Positions 1 to 11,058 of a DNA stretch of 64,000 nt are shown here, piece by piece; within the stretch, counting starts at the first letter, position 1; each line of letters opens with the position of its first letter. The translations under genes were made by a program, and so were the position numbers. The stretch is from Batkoa obscura (lineage: Eukaryota), in NCBI GenBank assembly GCA_030770535.1, contig JASVEC010000016.1, positions 186,001-250,000 of the forward strand, given 5' to 3'. The notes beneath the pieces are model-generated. The model was given only the letters and a program-made list of their open reading frames with translations. It was not told where the DNA came from and did no database searches.

Positions 1-1081
1 TATATTCCTTTAATCCACATTATATTTCCTTGATTTTAAAAAGACCAGGTAGCTAACCACTATCTAGATTTTTTGAAATAATATAATTATCCACTAAAAT
101 TCATACTTTTTGAAAATATTAATTTTATAGAGCTATACATATATTAACGTATCTATATTTAAATTAGAATTTATGCTGATCTGTTTAAAATCTAATTTTA
201 AATTATATTATTTCCGTTGCAATTCATATAAGATACTTTCTTTTTAAGTGTATTTTACTTTTTAATTGAGTGGTGAACAAGATGAAATAAAATGCGAATT
301 TTCCACCTTTTTGTGTTCATCATTAACTGGAAAGAAAGTCATAAAACTCTTATTTCTATAATATTCTTTTAAACAAGAAATGTTTTCTTTTCCTTCTCGA
401 AAAATATATTTAAAGAATAACGATTAGTTAAACCGCCTAATGATTTTGATCCCTTAGAATTAACATAAAAAACAAATGACTTAATTAAATAATAGAGGGT
501 TTTAATAACATTTAATGAAGTTTTATTACTCTTTCTATAGTTGTTTGGATTTAATAACTGTAATATCTAAAGAAAAACGGAAAGAATCTGAGTAATTTAA
601 TGCTTTCACTCACAAAGTTAAAAGAATATAATATAAAACAAACTTATATTTTAAATGGGGGAAGATTTATTAACATAGATTAGAACCTCTTTTTCCATTA
701 GTATTTTACTAAAAATAAAAACAGCATTTCTATATTAAATCAATCAAGTAATTTATAAGCTTAGTTTCCAAGTTATTTAAGAACATCTTAAAAATCCGGG
801 TAAATATTATGGATTCAAACAGATATTGAATTGTTCCGTACTTTGTTACAGTATTTTGTTATATCATGCATATATCAAGAAGAAAAATTAAACAAACTAA
901 ATTAAGAATATTAAGAAAGTTGTTGCCACTTTTGAAGTATTCTTAGTATTTAATACATTTAAAATATATGTTAGTACAGTGAATTTAGCTCAATAGTTAA
1001 AAGAAAGCAATTAAACTGTAATGTAGAATTACATTCTTTTACAGTATGCAACTCTAAAAAGGAAGTAAAATAGTTCTTATT

Positions 1082-1190
1082 ATATGGGGATGTATTTTTG
1101 TGTTTAATGATTTTGCTAATAATTTTTTTACCCAAATAGCAGCGCTTAAAAGATAGAAAAAGTAATGAAGCCAAAAAAAACATTCCATAT
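1082..1190 (+). mobile_element. ~100-bp MITE (family A), TSD ATAT
   Basis: ATAT-GGGGATGTATTTTTG...AAAAAAAACATTCC-ATAT; same element recurs >20 times in the window. Confidence 0.85.
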
Positions 1191-1385
1191 ATTAATTTTA
1201 GTATTTATCTATTAAAATTTGGTCATGACTTATTAAATGATTTAAAACTTAAATTTGTATAATAGTAGTATATGCTTTATTTGAATATAGAAAGCAAAGA
1301 GTATCATTTTAGCAGTTTTAGATGTGTATATCCCTTTATTGATATATAAAATTGAATTTTTAATCAACTTTTGTTATAAAAGAAA

Positions 1386-1488
1386 ATATGGGGATGTGTT
1401 TTTTTGTTTAAAAATTTTACTACAATCTTTCCACTCAAATAGCGTTTAAAAAATGGAAAAATAATGAAACTAAAAAAAACAGCCATAT
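1386..1488 (+). mobile_element. MITE family A, TSD ATAT
   Basis: GGGGATGTGTTTTTTTG...AAAAAAACAGCC flanked by ATAT on both sides. Confidence 0.85.
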
Positions 1489-1882
1489 TGTTATGTATAA
1501 ATAAAATTCTAGAATATAATATTATGTTTGTTTTATTATTAATAAACTATTTAAAAGTTATAGCGTGTTTAACTACATTTTATATAATAAATGCTTTAAG
1601 TTTAGGTATTATAGTTGTGCTATATATTTAAGTCAAGGTTATAAATTAGGTTTAGCGAGATTTGATATTATATAGTAAATAGCTGCAATTGATAAAAGTA
1701 TTAAATACAGTTTATTTGATTCAAATAATCACATTTTATATAGCTTTTTATTAACCAAATTTTTATATTACGTTAGTTAAAAGTTATAAAAGCGTAAAAT
1801 CATTATAAAAAAGAAGTTTATTGATATTAACTAGTTTATAAATATCACCCAAACTGTAATCATATTATCGATATAAAGATAA

Positions 1883-2764
1883 CTAACCAATAAGGCCAAT
1901 CGTAAAAAAAGAGTCATTTCTATCTACGATTTGGGGATTATGGGATATGTGGAATCTACCAATTCCTTTATAGGTTGATTTTTCAATACCTAATCCCATT
2001 ACGCGAGTCCAAATATGAGCTAGTTGTATATCTAATCCGTCAGCATACAACCAAGTTGTTGGTGTGCTGCTTGGATCTACTTTATATCCTAATGTATTCA
2101 ACAAGCAGTTATCTTTCTTTTCAAGCAACTTTTCCCACATATGAACACATCCTTGTAGATTAGTACCTACACAGCTAGTTGTTATAGAAAAATCAGATAA
2201 TAACTTATTTATTGTTCTATCAGGAAAATCAGTATTCAAAGTATCTAATATACTTTTCTTTGTAGCTTTAATCTCAGTGGTATTTCCAAATACCTTAAGC
2301 TCAAATTCTAAGTGGCGTTTACAAAAGGCTTTTTTAGCATCAAGGCCGTACATCATATTTACTGAGTTTTTTTTATCTAAACTCTTTAATTTATCTATAC
2401 ACTTTGGCAACTCCACATCAAGTACTGATTGCTCTATAGGATACCAGTAGCTAGACGCTAAACTATAACCTGGTAAATTAGAAATTACCCAATTAGGGTC
2501 GAAGCTACACATTGGGAAAGTATTACCAGGTAACTGTATGCGTAAAAAATCAGCTTTGTAATCTTTACACTTTCCTGTGTATGGTTTGTTTAATAATAAA
2601 CCAGGTACTGGTTTGGTATTATCAGTTATGATGCATTTGCCTTTCTCTGTACTATATAGAGGCGCATATTCAACAAAGTTTATATACTCTGGAGGTACAC
2701 CATGAGTTAGCTGCCCACAAATATTATGGAGTAATACGATTGATACTAATACGAAATTATACAT
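1883..2764 (-). CDS. Orphan secreted Cys-containing protein (293 aa), paralog 1
   Basis: Intronless ORF, hydrophobic signal-like N-terminus (MYNFVLVSIVLLHNICG), conserved Cys, close paralog at 4947-5828; no family recognised. Confidence 0.85.
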   Translation of the reverse strand: MYNFVLVSIVLLHNICGQLTHGVPPEYINFVEYAPLYSTEKGKCIITDNTKPVPGLLLNKPYTGKCKDYKADFLRIQLPGNTFPMCSFDPNWVISNLPGYSLASSYWYPIEQSVLDVELPKCIDKLKSLDKKNSVNMMYGLDAKKAFCKRHLEFELKVFGNTTEIKATKKSILDTLNTDFPDRTINKLLSDFSITTSCVGTNLQGCVHMWEKLLEKKDNCLLNTLGYKVDPSSTPTTWLYADGLDIQLAHIWTRVMGLGIEKSTYKGIGRFHISHNPQIVDRNDSFFTIGLIG

Positions 2765-3512
2765 ATTTTAACTACTAAAGTTATTTTATAAATACTTTGT
2801 GCTATCAAGCTTATATTTATATCAGTGAAAGTGTGATATCCTTTAAGCTCAAATTGATAAAATTGTTCTTCATGAACATGTTCCTCATATTGATGGTGCT
2901 AAATATAGATTAAAAATAAAGGAGACGTTAAACTTAGATTTAAGAATAACAGGTGCTTGAAAACATTAAGTACTTCATCAACCCTAGTCATATTTCTTTG
3001 GCTCTAAATATATCAAGGTAACTAGTTATTATGTTGTTTTTTAATATACAAGCTATCCTCTAAAATCTATTCTTCCTAAACAATATTTAATCATATATGC
3101 GCTAATGTATCTATATTTATATTAAAGTTTCATCTTAATCTAGTTATCGAAAATTTATTTTTGAATTTAGGTAGTTTTTGTTATAACCTATAGGTTATGT
3201 TTTCTTTGTATGTAAAATATACTCTGTAATGAATTGAGGAACACAATAAAATAAGTATGCAAGTGCACCACTTAATTGAAAGGTATATCATGAAGTTTCT
3301 ATTTAAAAATATTATTAATTAAAAATACGTTTTTTCTTTTCTTTCTAGAAAAACATATTCTTAGAAATATGATTGGCTTAATAAATATAATAGGGGATTT
3401 TAATAATTTAATGGATTTCCTCTTTTATAGGTGTTTGCATCAAGTATTATGATATTATATCCCCTTTTGTTTTGCTATGTTTGCATTTCATTTTAGAAGG
3501 GTTAAAATTAAA

Positions 3513-3618
3513 ATTTGTGAGTGTTTTTTAATTTTATTACTTTTTCCATTTTTCAAGCGCTATTTAGGTAGAAAAACTTACTCGTAAAATTTTTAAACAC
3601 AAAAATACATTCCCATTT
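3513..3618 (-). mobile_element. MITE family A, reverse orientation, TSD ATTT
   Basis: Reverse complement of the consensus, ATTT directly repeated at both ends. Confidence 0.8.
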
Positions 3619-3820
3619 ATTGTTTGTTTAAATAGCCTATTTTATTTAAAGAATTTATAATTTTTTTCTGTTTTTTATAGTGACTTGACGACACTAAAAG
3701 TTATTGACTTATTAAATGCTAATTCCAACATTTTCATATAAAGCAATCTTAGAATATTATATAATAGAAAATGTTCAAATAGTAATATTTAGTCTAAAAT
3801 TCAGTTTATAAAATGAATAA

Positions 3821-3926
3821 AGGGGGGGTTGTATTTTTTTATTTAAGAATTTTACGAGTAAGTTTTTCTACCTAAATAGCGCTTGAAAAATGGAAAAAGT
3901 AATAAAATTAAAAAACACTCACAAAT
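3821..3926 (+). mobile_element. MITE family A, inverted partner of 3513-3618
   Basis: Shares private variants (TTTACGAGTAAGTTTTTCTACC, CACTCAC) with the copy at 3513. Confidence 0.8.
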
Positions 3927-4946
3927 TTTAAAAATATTTGCTAAGTTATAAAAACTATTTTAAACAGACCAAAATCAATTTACTATCAGCTAAAATATAA
4001 GATTTCTAGCTTATTTGTGGCTCTGAAAAAAATTGAATAATGAGTGCTTGTTCCCAAAAGTAAGCAGGAATAAACGATATAACAGAAATTACTGATCTAA
4101 TCCAAATCAAAGGATATCTAAACAAAAGATTACTATTATTAAAGTAATATTCCTACTATAAGTGGGCCAGGATAGCTATTTAAAACATTAGATTGTAAAA
4201 AAACAAACTTATTTTAAATCCATAACTTCTGTGACAACTTTTGACATTTTTAGTTTTTAGTTCGTTTATTATCAAATTCATAAATCAACATTATTTTTTC
4301 AAGACATGTAATAAACTGGAAATTCTATATAATAAAACATCTTAGAAGTTTTGTAGAGATATATCTTTTTCTAGTATACAAGCTTCATTTTTAACTTTCA
4401 ATATAAAATTGAATTTTAGAATATCAAAGCAGTTTTAGAATCTGCTTTTAATTTATAGTTCTTTTAAGATAATTGCAGTATTTTCATACAATCACAGTTA
4501 TAGTGAAAAAAAATTGATAACAACTTCCAATAAAGTGAACAAAATATTATTATGGAACTTTAATTTTATCTACTTTCATTAAAAAATAGTTCAATAATAC
4601 TTTGCAGTCCTTTTAAAAATTTCTTAATATAGCTATGATGTAATAAAATACTGTATTTAAAAGTGATACATTTCTTTATATTTAAACTCAATAAATCAAT
4701 TAGAATTACCATATAGTTGTTTCCGATGTAATCGCAAATCATTACTAAAACGATTTCTTTAAATATATTGCACAATACAGTTATTATCTTTCAAATTTAA
4801 ATAGAGCTTTTCATTAGTCAAATCCACACATATAACAATTAAAAGTTTAAATATTGAATAAAAATATTACAAAAAATTATTTATTGATAACAATTAATTG
4901 AAGAAAATTGGTTAAAATCTTAATTCTACTATAATTATAATGACAA

Positions 4947-5828
4947 CTAACCTATAAGGCCGATTGTCATAATAGGGTCGTCTTTGTCTACAAATTGAGG
5001 ATCATATGATATATGGAATCTATCTATACCTTTATAGATAGATTTTTCTATTCCTAACCCCATTATACGGGTAAAAATGTGAACTAGTTGTATATCTAAT
5101 CCGTCAGCATACAACCAAGTTGTTGGTGTGCTGCTTGGATCTACTTTATATCCTAATGTATTCAACAAGCAGTTATCTTTCTTTTCAAGCAACTTTTCCC
5201 ACATATGAACACATCCTTGTAGATTAGTACCTACACAGCTAGTTGTTATAGAAAAATCAGATAATAGATTATTTATTGATCTATCAGGAAAGTCTGTATC
5301 TAAAGCATCTAGTATCTTTTTCTTTATATTTTTAATTTCAGTTGTGTTTCCAAATACCTTAAGTTCAAATTCTAAGTGGCGTTTACAAAAGGCTTTTTTA
5401 GCATCAAGGCCGTACATCATATTTACTGAGTTTTTTTTATCTAAACTCTTTAATTTATCTATACACTTTGGCAACTCCACATCAAGTACTGATTGCTCTA
5501 TAGGATACCAGTAACTGGATACTACATCATAGATTGGTAAATTAGAAATTACCCAATTAGGGTCGAAGCTACACATTGGGAAAGTATTACCAGGTAACTG
5601 TATGCGTAAAAAATCAGCTTTGTAATCTTTACACTTTCCTGTGTATGGTTTGTTTAATAATAGGCCAGGTATTGGAGCTGAGTTGTCAGCTATTATACAT
5701 TTGTCTTTCTCTGTACTGTATAAAGGTGCATAGTCAACAAAATTAAGTTTTTCAGGAGGCACATCTGGTAATAACTGACAGTATATGTTATGAAGCAATA
5801 TAATCAATATAAATACAAAGTTATACAT
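4947..5828 (-). CDS. Orphan secreted Cys-containing protein (293 aa), paralog 2
   Basis: Intronless ORF of the same length as 1883-2764, signal-like N-terminus, long identical blocks. Confidence 0.85.
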   Translation of the reverse strand: MYNFVFILIILLHNIYCQLLPDVPPEKLNFVDYAPLYSTEKDKCIIADNSAPIPGLLLNKPYTGKCKDYKADFLRIQLPGNTFPMCSFDPNWVISNLPIYDVVSSYWYPIEQSVLDVELPKCIDKLKSLDKKNSVNMMYGLDAKKAFCKRHLEFELKVFGNTTEIKNIKKKILDALDTDFPDRSINNLLSDFSITTSCVGTNLQGCVHMWEKLLEKKDNCLLNTLGYKVDPSSTPTTWLYADGLDIQLVHIFTRIMGLGIEKSIYKGIDRFHISYDPQFVDKDDPIMTIGLIG

Positions 5829-6948
5829 ATTTTAGTAGTAAAGTTTATTTTTTATTTTCAAACAATCAAGCTTTATTTATAATATCAAAAGGACTGTATC
5901 CTTAAATTCAAATTAATACAGTTGTTATTTATGATAGATTTATTATATTAATAATTACAGAAAAATTAATTAAAAATAAGAAAAATGCTAAACTTAGGCT
6001 ATGTAATATATTTTTACTCTATAATACCTTTACTAAACCTTGAACTTCACCTTAGGTTTCAATTAATAGCACAAGATAATTAACGCTTTAACTTTTGTAA
6101 TAGTAGTGGGAAACCAATCAAATACATTTTCCCCTTCTAAATATTATTTACTGGAATATGTATGTGTTAGCGGATCAATATTTTTATTAAAATCTTATGC
6201 AAATATATTTAGTTCAAAAATGCATCTAATTAACCTAGGGTCTCTGTGCAAAATGTTTTTTACGCTATTTTTACGTATATAAATTATAATGTTTATAGAT
6301 TATTTTAAAATAAGGAAATCAATTACATTCTACTACCGAGAAAGACCTATTTTTGAAAATAATAATTAACTTAATAAATACATTTTATTAAGGCTAGTTT
6401 ACAAATTAAAGAATAACACTAAATATTAAGGGTCATATTTGTAAAGTAAATAATACATTTGATAGCTAAAAATAGAATAAATATATGCAAAACTTCATTG
6501 CATCAAATTAATATCTGAATCTATTTTTAACAAAACCTTTTAATACCAGATGAACTGTGGGTGTCAGATTGGCTGTCAAATCCAAATTTTTTTAATAATG
6601 TGACAAACAGTATCAACAGTAAAAGCTTTAGTTAAGAAACTAGCGTAGGTAAAGTTTTAAAGTTTACATCTCTGTCATATGCGAAAAACCGGTAGATAAG
6701 CGAAAATGTAAGATCGATGTGTACAGAAGACATAAAAGATTAGTGGGATAGTTGTATAAAGCCGACTAGATAACTTACATATTGAATAGTAATATTTAAA
6801 TTATAAAATAAAATGAGTAAAAGCAGTATTATTGATATCAAAGTTTTATTTTTAATTATATTTTAATCTTAGGACTATAAATACTAATAAACAAAAATTA
6901 ATATATAAGGTTTCAAAAAATCCGAATTGTCTTTATGAATCTAAAAGC

Positions 6949-7053
6949 ATATGGGGATGTTTTTTTTGGTTTCATTATTTTTCCATTTCTTAAGCGCTAT
7001 TTGAGTGGAAAGATATTGGTAAAATTCTTAAACAAAAAAATACATCCCCATAT
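6949..7053 (-). mobile_element. MITE family A, reverse, TSD ATAT
   Basis: ATAT-GGGGATGTTTTTTTTGG...AAAAAAATACATCCCC-ATAT. Confidence 0.85.
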
Positions 7054-7065
7054 CTAAAAACCTTT

Positions 7066-7172
7066 ATATGGGGATGTATTTTTGTATTTAAGAATCTTAC
7101 TAACAAATTTTCCGCTTAAATAGCACTTAAAAAATGGAAAAAATAATGAAGTCAAAAAAGACACTCCCATAT
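7066..7172 (+). mobile_element. MITE family A, TSD ATAT
   Basis: Consensus match; 12 bp from the preceding reverse copy. Confidence 0.85.
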
Positions 7173-7384
7173 GCATTTTTAGAGTTAATAACCATTTCAC
7201 ATTTTAGACTTAATAGGGGACAAATGTCTAGAAAAAAGTATGGCAGTACAAGTTTTTAAACCTACTCAGCTATCTCAAAAAATTTGAACAAACTGATAAA
7301 GAGTTTCTTACTAACAATTAATTCTAAAAAAACAATACGTTATAATGAGAGTTATTAAGGTTTTGACTATAAACAATTTTCGTT

Positions 7385-7495
7385 ATATGGGAGTGTTTTT
7401 TTTGACTTCATTATTTCTTCCATTTTTTAAGCGCTATTTATAAGCGGAAAAATTGTTAATAAAATTTTTAAACACAAAAATACATCCTCCCATAT
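7385..7495 (-). mobile_element. MITE family A, reverse, TSD ATAT
   Basis: GGGAGTGTTTTTTTTGAC...AAAAATACATCCTCCC with ATAT flanks. Confidence 0.85.
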
Positions 7496-7876
7496 TATTT
7501 TTTGTTAACCTTTAAATTTAGTTATTGTCAAGAAAACTTCTACGGTTTGCTCACACTTTTTTTAGGATAGTTGAGTGGATCTAAAAAATCAGTTTATTGC
7601 CTAATGGTTTGTATCTTAAACTAGTAAATTCAATATAGAAATATCTAGGACTTGACTAATTTATCTTTGCTTTATATAATATAATGTAAATAATAAGAAA
7701 CGTTATACCTTAGTTAGCTTTTATATAAATTAAGCTTAGTATATTCCAAATAGTATTTAGCATTTTCATAATAAATTATCAACTTTGTTTTTAGGAAAGT
7801 GAATTACGTACCAATTGAAAATATTAAAATCAAAATCAAAATTTAAAAAAATCTTACTTTTTTATTAACATAAAGC

Positions 7877-9393
7877 ATGGAAGTAAATCTAGACAACTAC
7901 TGACAATATTATAAACATTTACAAATTATTGTAGGAAGAACACAGTTATAAAGACGCGAAAATCCTAGTATTAGGAGCCGGTGGCTTAGGCTGTGAAATT
8001 TTAAAAAATTTAGCTTTGCTTGGGTTCAAGGATATTACAGTGATTGATATGGATACTATTGATCTTAGCAACTTGAATAGACAGTTTCTTTTTCGGTAAA
8101 CATTTATGTCTATTAAATCCATCATTATTAAATCAATATATAAAGTGAAGAAGACATTGGTAAACCAAAGGCAGAGATAGCAGCTAGATTTATCAATAAT
8201 AGAATTAAAGGAATCAATGTTATACCGTAATAGTTATATAATAGTATTATAAGTTATAAAGTTAAGCTTCTATAGAATATACGGAAAAATACAGGACCAT
8301 GATGAAGATTTTTATTCTGAGTTTCAAATTGTAATCAGCGGATTAGATTCTATTGAAGCTAGACGTTGGATGAACGCTACTTTATATTCCATTTCTGAAA
8401 AAAGTGGCTATCCTATGCCTTTTATTGATGGAGGCACAGAAGGCAAGCATTTCTCATAATAATCAATTTATTGTTTTTGATGGCTTTTATAGGATTTAAA
8501 GGGCAAGCAAGGGTAATTTTATTTAATAATGACGACAACGGTGCTTGCTTTGAGTGCTCATTGGATTTATTTAACAAACAAACAACATACCCAATATGTA
8601 CTATTGCTAATACCCCTAGACTACCAGAGCATTGTATTGAATGGGCTTCAGTACTTGAATGGCCAAAAGTATTTCCTGGTAAGTATATGATAGATAATGA
8701 AACATCGGTATTGACATTTAACAGATAAGAAACTTGACAAAGATGACCCAGAGCATGTTTCATGGTTACAAAAGGTAGCTCATACACGTGCAGAGGAGTT
8801 CGGTATTGAAGGGGTTACCTATTCATTAACACAAGGGGTAATAAAAAATATCATACCAGCTATTGCCTCAACCAATGCGGTTATTTCAGGTAATTAATTA
8901 ATAAATGACAATCATGTTGCTAACTTTATTTTTTAGCTGCTTGTTGTAACGAAGCATATAAATTAGCTACTGGAACTTCACCACTTTTGAATAATTATTT
9001 AACTTATTCAGGCAACGAAGGAATCTATACATACAAACATTTCATTGAAAACAGAGAAGGGTGTCCAGTATGTTCAGATAAACCTTTAACTATGACTATA
9101 AATGAGTTAACAGTGTTGGAAGATTTTATTGACTTGTTAAAGGAAAAACCAGAAGTGTAAGATTAAATAGTACAAATATGGTATATATTAATTATTATTA
9201 TAGACTAACAAAAAACCCAAGTATCAGTGTTAATGGTAAAAGTATAAGAATGGTTGCTCCAACTATATTAGAAAAGAACACTCGTCCAAATTTAAAAAAA
9301 ACGCTTGCAGAGCTTTTTGAAAATGGTTCTGAGTTAAATATAACCGATTCTTCTATTGCTAATCAACTTCGAATCATTGTTAATTTTACATAA
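7877..9393 (+). CDS. UBA3: NEDD8-activating enzyme E1 catalytic subunit (multi-exon)
   Basis: Spliced translation gives [56 protein letters not shown], active-site [31 protein letters not shown]. Confidence 0.93.
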
Positions 9394-9593
9394 ATAATAA
9401 ATGTATATTTAGATCGCTATAGTACATTAAAATATAAAAAACACTACATCTAATCTGTTTCACATTTAAGTAATGCTATTATTTAACCCTGAAATTTATT
9501 TATAATTTAAAAACTCTATAAACGATCTATACTATCAAAATCCCAGTTATAAAAATATTTTCACTTGTCAAGTACAAACTTAGCTTTAAAGGC

Positions 9594-10853
9594 TTAAATA
9601 GCATCCCTCTTTTTAGCTGTACGTTGGTATGGACGAAGAACCCATTCATCGTCGGCATCTTTAAGATCTGCAGTACCAAGTTTGATTTGATAAACTAAAA
9701 CAAAATTTAGTTAAATAGCTAAAAAAATTAAATAATTAACTTACGTCTCATCTCAAACCTAGGTCCTACCTCTGCCAATTGCACATCTTTAGGACCAACT
9801 TTATAATATACATGATGACTATTAAACTGTTAGTTAAATCATATGAAATAAATTCAACTTACCGGAAAGAAATATAATCGTTTTGGTTAGCAAAAGTCAG
9901 TACTCTTTTAGAATCTGGTTTAGGAACTGGGAATAAATATTTAAGAATATTCATAACCTAAAACGGTAAACAAAATAAGTACCAAATAAAATATAAATTT
10001 TATTTACTCTTTGTCCCAACTTAGTTTCAAATTTATCAAAGATAAGCTGTGGATAAGCTTCTGAAACTGTCCCTCTATCTTTGATATCATGTCTTAATAC
10101 TACGTTATAAAGCGTAAAGTAAGCTGTAGGACCATATGGGAAATGGGATATTATCATTCCATCTAAATAAAGTTTAGTCAAAAAGGAACTTCGCTACCAA
10201 AAATCAAAATACCTGGTTCACCACGATGTTCGTGTAAGATAACCAAGTCAGTAACATCATTTGATTTGCATGTATCGACAATATCTTTCATAACATAATT
10301 ACCTCGATTTACTCGTTGCGAGTTTGGTAACATCAAGCGCATTTCCTAAATTATTTTATTTGTCTTAATTACTAAAGTTCTATAGCCATCATTATTACTT
10401 TTGAAAATTGCTGAAGTCTTGAGCTAGGATCTCTAGAAGTGGTTACTAAAATTTTTGGGTCATAAGAACCTGCTTTAGCATATTCATCATCCATGTGGGT
10501 TGTTGGAGCTTAAATAAAGTTAATAATCAAATTTTTCGTGCTTTAATGTCTACCTTCTTGTGTAGCATCTTTCAACATATCTCTTTTTAACTGTTCGGAC
10601 TCATTTTTTAAATCTGTTGGTATCGGTCTACCCTCTAAATTACAACGTTTAGCTTTAGTTTTTGTTTAACTTCAATTTAGTTTCACCTTCTAATGCCTTC
10701 TTAATCTCTTGTTTCTTTTCATAAATTTGACGATCCTTTTGCTCTAAGGATTTACGATAAAGATATTCTCGGCGTAATCTGTTCTGTCTGCGTAACTACA
10801 ACATATTTAATATTTACTCTCACTTTTTATATTTATTTGATTTTTATTACCAT
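9594..10853 (-). CDS. IMP4: U3 snoRNP Brix-domain protein Imp4 (multi-exon)
   Basis: ATG|intron then [64 protein letters not shown]. Confidence 0.93.
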
Positions 10854-11058
10854 TTTTAATTTATAAGAAAATAATTTTATTTCTTTCCCAGATTTTAATT
10901 TGATTGCAAAAAATATTGTGCATAGAGGTGAATTTGCTTTGATTTTTACTCTTTTGCAACACTTCTAAATAGCATCTCCCCGAGAAACAAATACCAATCA
11001 AATCTGCCGAATATACTAAAAAAGGGAGAGATTAAAAATTAACTGTCAACATTTTATA

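Noticed and set aside
971..1183. 70-aa ORF (also 60272-60469)
   Set aside because: Largely read through MITE copies; the similarity between them reflects the repeat, not a protein family.
8422..8787. Antisense or alternate-frame ORFs (also 1975, 11411, 12599, 14030, 19934, 20180, 29334, 29581, 47054, 47313, 48936)
   Set aside because: Shadows of genes or pseudogenes better explained on the other strand or frame.
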